Assembly (NCBI GenBank): GCA_964016885.1 | Contig: OZ024740.1 | Location: forward strand, 426,746,001-426,810,000 | Source of the DNA: Eledone cirrhosa | Lineage: Eukaryota | DNA: 64,000 nucleotides | Direction of reading: 5' to 3' | Shown: piece by piece, positions 57,601 through 64,000 of the stretch | Position numbering within the stretch: position 1 is the first letter of the stretch | Layout: each line of letters starts with the position of its first letter | Notes under the pieces: model-generated | Database searches by the model: none | Told to the model about the DNA's origin: nothing | What the model saw: only the letters and a program-made list of their open reading frames with translations | Position numbers and translations under genes: made by a program

Positions 57601-60367
57601 TCACAGACATTGTGCAGCCCCACACAGTCGAACTCAGACACCACATAGAACATTGTACACATATACATACACTTTCACAGACATTGTGCAGCCCCACACA
57701 GTCGAACTCAGACACCACATAGAACATTGTACACATATACATACACTTTCACAGACATTGTGCAGCCCCACACAGTCGAACTCAGACACCACATAGAACA
57801 TTGTACACATATACATACACTTTCACAGACATTGTGCAGCCCCACACAGTCCAACTCACACACCACATAGAACATTGTACACATATACATACACTTTCAC
57901 AGACATTGTGCAGCCCCACACAGTCCAACTCAGCACACCACATAGAACATTGTACACATATACATACACTTTCACAGACATTGTGCAGCCCCACACAGTC
58001 CAACTCAGACACCACATAGAACATTGTACACATATACATACACTTTCACAGACATTGTGCAGCCCCACACAGTCGAACTCAGACACCACATAGAACATTG
58101 TACACATATACATACACTTTCACAGACATTGTGCAGCCCCACACAGTCCAACTCACACACCACATAGAACATTGTACACATATACATACACTTTCACAGA
58201 CATTGTGCAGCCCCACACAGTCCAACTCAGACACCACATAGAACATTGTACACATATACATACACTTTCACAGACATTGTGCAGCCCCACACAGTCGAAC
58301 TCAGACACCACATAGAACATTGTACACATATACATACACTTTCACAGACATTGTGCAGCCCCACACAGTCGAACTCAGACACCACATAGAACATTGTACA
58401 CATATACATACACTTTCACAGACATTGTGCAGCCCCACACAGTCGAACTCAGACACCACATAGAACATTGTACACATATACATACACTTTCACAGACATT
58501 GTGCAGCCCCACACAGTCGAACTCAGACACCACATAGAACATTGTACACATATACATACACTTTCACAGACATTGTGCAGCCCCACACAGTCGAACTCAG
58601 ACACCACATAGAACATTGTACACATATACATACACTTTCACAGACATTGTGCAGCCCCACACAGTCCAACTCAGACACCACATAGAACATTGTACACATA
58701 TACATACACTTTCACAGACATTGTGCAGCCCCACACAGTCCAACTCAGACACCACATAGAACATTGTACACATATACATACACTTTCACAGACATTGTGC
58801 AGCCCCACACAGTCGAACTCAGACACCACATAGAACATTGTACACATATACATACACTTTCACAGACATTGTGCAGCCCCACACAGTCGAACTCAGACAC
58901 CACATAGAACATTGTACACATATACATACACTTTCACAGACATTGTGCAGCCCCACACAGTCGAACTCAGACACCACCTAGAACATTGTACACATATACA
59001 TACACTTTCACAGACATTGTGCAGCCCCACACAGTCGAACTCAGACACCACATAGAACATTGTACACATATACATACACTTTCACAGACATTGTGCAGCC
59101 CCACACAGTCGAACTCAGACACCACATAGAACATTGTACACATATACATACACTTTCACAGACATTGTGCAGCCCCACACAGTCCAACTCAGACACCACA
59201 TAGAACATTGTACACATATACATACACTTTCACAGACATTGTGCAGCCCCACACAGTCCAACTCAGACACCACCTAGAACATTGTACACATATACATACA
59301 CTTTCACAGACATTGTGCAGCCCCACACAGTCGAACTCAGACACCACATAGAACATTGTACACATATACATACACTTTCACAGACATTGTGCAGCCCCAC
59401 ACAGTCGAACTCACACACCACATAGAACATTGTACACATATACATACACTTTCACAGACGTTGTGCAGCCCCACACAGTCGAACTCAGACACCACCTAGA
59501 ACATTGTACACATATACATACACTTTCACAGACACTGTGCAGCCCCACACAGTCGAACTCAGACACCACCTAGAACATTGTACACATATACATACACTTT
59601 CACAGACATTGTGCAGCCCCACACAGTCGCACTCAGACACCACATAGAACATTGTACACATATACATACACTTTCACAGACATTGTGCAGCCCCACACAG
59701 TCGAACTCAGACACCACCTAGAACATTGTACACATATACATACACTTTCACAGACATTGTGCAGCCCCACACAGTCGAACTCAGACACCACCTAGAACAT
59801 TGTACACATATACATACACTTTCACAGACATTGTGCAGCCCCACACAGTCGAACTCAGACACCACATAGAACATTGTACACATATACATACACTTTCACA
59901 GACATTGTGCAGCCCCACACAGTCGAACTCAGACACCACATAGAACATTGTACACATATACATACACTTTCACAGACATTGTGCAGCCCCACACAGTCGA
60001 ACTCAGACACCACATAGAACATTGTACACATATACATACACTTTCACAGACATTGTGCAGCCCCCACACAGTCCAACTCACACACCACATAGAACATTGT
60101 ACACATATACATACACTTTCACAGACATTGTGCAGCCCCACACAGTCCAACTCACACACCACATAGAACATTGTACACATATACATACACTTTCACAGAC
60201 ATTGTGCAGCCCCACACAGTCCGAACTCAGACACCACATAGAACATTGTACACATATACATACACTTTCACAGACATTGTGCAGCCCCACACAGTCGAAC
60301 TCAGACACCACATAGAACATTGTACACATATACATACACTTTCACAGACATTGTGCAGCCCCACACA
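27633..60367. repeat. 74-bp tandem satellite, about 440 copies (lower bound; ends at gap)
   Basis: Consensus cactttcacagacattgtgcagccccacacagtcgaactcagacaccacatagaacattgtacacatatacata; ORF track repeats every 74 bp. Confidence 0.99.
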
Positions 60368-60567
60368 NNNNNNNNNNNNNNNNNNNNNNNNNNNNNNNNN
60401 NNNNNNNNNNNNNNNNNNNNNNNNNNNNNNNNNNNNNNNNNNNNNNNNNNNNNNNNNNNNNNNNNNNNNNNNNNNNNNNNNNNNNNNNNNNNNNNNNNNN
60501 NNNNNNNNNNNNNNNNNNNNNNNNNNNNNNNNNNNNNNNNNNNNNNNNNNNNNNNNNNNNNNNNNNN
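60368..60567. other. Assembly gap (200 N)
   Basis: Run of N. Confidence 1.
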
Positions 60568-60629
60568 GTATTGTAGTTTGGCTTATACATTCATGGTGTA
60601 ATTTGTAGAAGATAGTGAAAGCTTTAAAG

Positions 60630-60685
<56 letters not shown>

Positions 60686-60877
60686 TATATATATATATAT
60701 ATATTGTTATACTTGGGGAGGGTCATACTGTTGTAATAATAACAGAACACACTCACTGTTTGGTTGGTTTTCGCTTCTGTATCTTTTATATCTCCACAGT
60801 TAATTCATTTGGTTCTCAATGTTTATCATTGACTGACCAACGGTCAAAAATACAGATATAAACACATATATATAGTC

Positions 60878-60908
60878 TAACAAAGTTCTTTCGTTGACCA
60901 TCTGCAAC

Positions 60909-60921
<13 letters not shown>
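60878..60921 (-). ncRNA. Degenerate hammerhead motif
   Basis: Reverse complement: tacca-CTGATGA-tgttgcagatggtcaac-GAAA-gaac-TT-tgtta. Confidence 0.5.
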
Positions 60922-61210
<289 letters not shown>

Positions 61211-61240
61211 CGAAGGAAATGTGGTAAGGAACCAGGTGGA

Positions 61241-61463
<223 letters not shown>

Positions 61464-62131
61464 TTATATAACGGCTGGTAACATGTATCCCAGTACAACC
61501 TGGCTCATGGTCGGGTCGTTGGCGACTAAACTGGCAACCCCACCAAGGTTTCTTGGTGAGGAGGGTAACTTTAGAAATCCTGCAGGACTAAAAACAAAAA
61601 CTATCAAAAGGCAAAGGAGCTCTTAAGAGTCAATGGCCATCCAAAATCACCGGGAGAGATGACCCCTTAGCCTTTGCCAAGGCACAATTTTAGGAGAAGG
61701 AAAACTCTGATATTACACCTGCAACCCTGATGGTATCCAATGATGTTGACTTGTTCTTCTTTTTGGTAAATATCATCTTGGTTAAAAGAGTGGGACTGGC
61801 TTTGTGCAATGCCTTTGCTAACTATAAAAGCTTCACGGCACAGGCATTGCTTTATATCTGGAGATCTCTCTGCACTTGTCGTCACATGATACCATGGGCC
61901 CAGCACTATGTTTCAATAATTGTCACAAGTGTAGTTTTTGTACCAGAGTTTTCAAGTCGCTGGCTGGACTAAAAAGTCACACTCGTTCAGCGCATCGATA
62001 GGGGTTCTCCTACATGGATATAAAGTAGTGGCCGTACTCGAAAAAGAGTTGGCAGCCACCATATGCATATATAATATATATATATATATACACAGTTAAA
62101 AATTGCAAACTTGACTGTCACTACACAATAA

Positions 62132-62168
62132 GAACCTGAAGATTGCGAAAGCATGAAAGTACTTGTTC
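62132..62168 (+). ncRNA. Minimal type I hammerhead ribozyme
   Basis: gaac-CTGAAGA-t-tgc-gaaa-gca-t-GAAA-gtac-TT-gttc; palindromic stem III. Confidence 0.7.
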
Positions 62169-62318
62169 AATTAACACTTAACATTTAATATTCAACCATA
62201 CTATTTCATTCTAATACCATTATAAATTTTAAAGGATTGTAAATAAAACGAGTATATCAGACAAAGTTGGAATTCCTTTTATTAATATAATCTTCTATAC
62301 ACAATCATACACACCGTG

Positions 62319-62406
<88 letters not shown>

Positions 62407-62471
62407 CTGTCCAAAGGCTCTGAAACCATCAACACTATACACACAGAGCTGGCATATCTAAGAACTGACTA

Positions 62472-62527
62472 ACTGCCTGATGAGGTCATAGCCATTCAAT
62501 GGCTATCATCGAAATATATATAGCAGT
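62472..62527 (+). ncRNA. Type I hammerhead ribozyme
   Basis: actgc-CTGATGA-ggtc-atagccat-tca-atggctat-catc-GAAA-tatata-TA-gcagt. Confidence 0.8.
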
Positions 62528-62658
62528 AAATAAAGGATTATGAATTCATGCAATTGACTTATGTTTCGTCACTATTATAACTCCGGAACTTATATCTTCG
62601 TCGAGTGCTACCTATCTGCATACTGAAGTACTGGATTTTACCAACACTTACTTTCTTG

Positions 62659-62721
<63 letters not shown>

Positions 62722-62726
62722 ATGTG

Positions 62727-62759
<33 letters not shown>

Positions 62760-62771
62760 ATATATACACAT

Positions 62772-62825
<54 letters not shown>

Positions 62826-62829
62826 GCAT

Positions 62830-63022
<193 letters not shown>

Positions 63023-63426
63023 CAGATATAGATATATAGACATATATGTATTTATATAACGGCGATGAGTATGTTTGCGAGGTTTTTTTATATGAAGTCG
63101 TGAGTCGAAACAAATATTGTTATACTTGGGGAGGGTCAAATTGTTGTAATATTGCCAGATATAAAAATGGTGTAGACATACAATACAACAGGAGGGACAT
63201 AATAGTACTGATGATGTATATATAGATACACACGCAGACACATATATATATATGTATATATATATATACATATATATATATATCTGTATATATATCTGGC
63301 TAAGTTTGACTCAACAAGACGATTCCATAGTGATGCAGCGAGCGCGCGGTGATTTCTATGTATTTTATACTTGTAGTAATGATAAATCGGTTTGCTATAC
63401 AATAAGGGCTTTACTTATATATACAT

Positions 63427-63501
<75 letters not shown>

Positions 63502-63583
63502 CATACAGATATATATCTTTATATTTATATATATTTATACAGATATATATATCTGTATATATTTATATACAGATATATATATA

Positions 63584-63630
<47 letters not shown>

Positions 63631-63730
63631 TATATATATAGTTATGTAATAATATTATTACATAACTATTAAGCTCTGTTACCTACACAGAGTACTCTTT
63701 TTTCCTGGACTTTTCCGACGGAATTACTTC

Positions 63731-63759
<29 letters not shown>

Positions 63760-63765
<6 letters not shown>

Positions 63766-64000
63766 AACAAAAGATGGTTAAAAGAGTTCCATGTATTTTA
63801 TTATGCGCATTTCAAAAACAAATATCATCATGCAATAATATTTGTGTTTTCATCAGATAAAACAGGAAGATAAAACAGGAAGATCTGATGAAAACACAAA
63901 TATTATTGCATGATGATATTTGTTTTTGAAATGCCCATAATAAAATACATGGAACTCTTTTAACCATCTTTTGTTCTTATATATTATATTTACTCCAGTC
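63760..64000. mobile_element. Short fold-back of the 6485-family pLTR with two opposed hammerheads (63794-63862 -, 63885-63947 +)
   Basis: Arms are reverse complements; central duplicated agataaaacagga; the + copy lacks most of the 5' strand of stem I. Confidence 0.8.

Noticed and set aside
54655-60230. 75-bp units with gtccgaactc
   Set aside because: Plausibly a consensus artefact merging the gtcg and gtcc variants near the gap; cannot be trusted without reads.
27633-60367. Satellite as a CRISPR array or as a hammerhead-containing satellite (minus strand has CTGA...hairpin...GAAA)
   Set aside because: No unique spacers or cas genes; the core reads CTGAGTT rather than CUGANGA, and there is no UH triplet or stem I closure.
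27628-60608. Hundreds of 60-aa Cys-rich ORFs (MYMCTMFYVVSEFDCVGLHNVC...)
   Set aside because: Translations of a 74-bp satellite; the period is not a multiple of 3 and there is no gene structure.
61480-62060. Possible LINE 5' UTR or endonuclease remnant (AFIVSKGIAQS on minus strand)
   Set aside because: Similarity too short and degenerate to support.

Overview
Repeat-dominated eukaryotic DNA with no recognisable host gene exon. The SINE families and heavy (TA)n/(CA)n/(TAGA)n load suggest a cephalopod such as Octopus, but that is inference. About 32.7 kb (27633-60367) is a 74-bp tandem satellite with higher-order structure, ending at a 200-N gap. The rest is a patchwork of retroelements: a CRE-like RLE C-terminus, a Neptune-type Penelope (GIY-YIG) fragment, a near full-length decayed RTE LINE, a Tx1/L1 3' fragment inside (TCTA)n, and tRNA-derived SINEs. 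The most notable signal, invisible in the ORF track, is about 20 minimal type I hammerhead ribozyme motifs from several sequence families, on both strands. Several have the compensatory U3-A8 core and palindromic stem-III loops, and most sit in short (TA)n-flanked, often fold-back, Penelope pLTR-like units. Nearly all listed ORFs are spurious translations of repeats.
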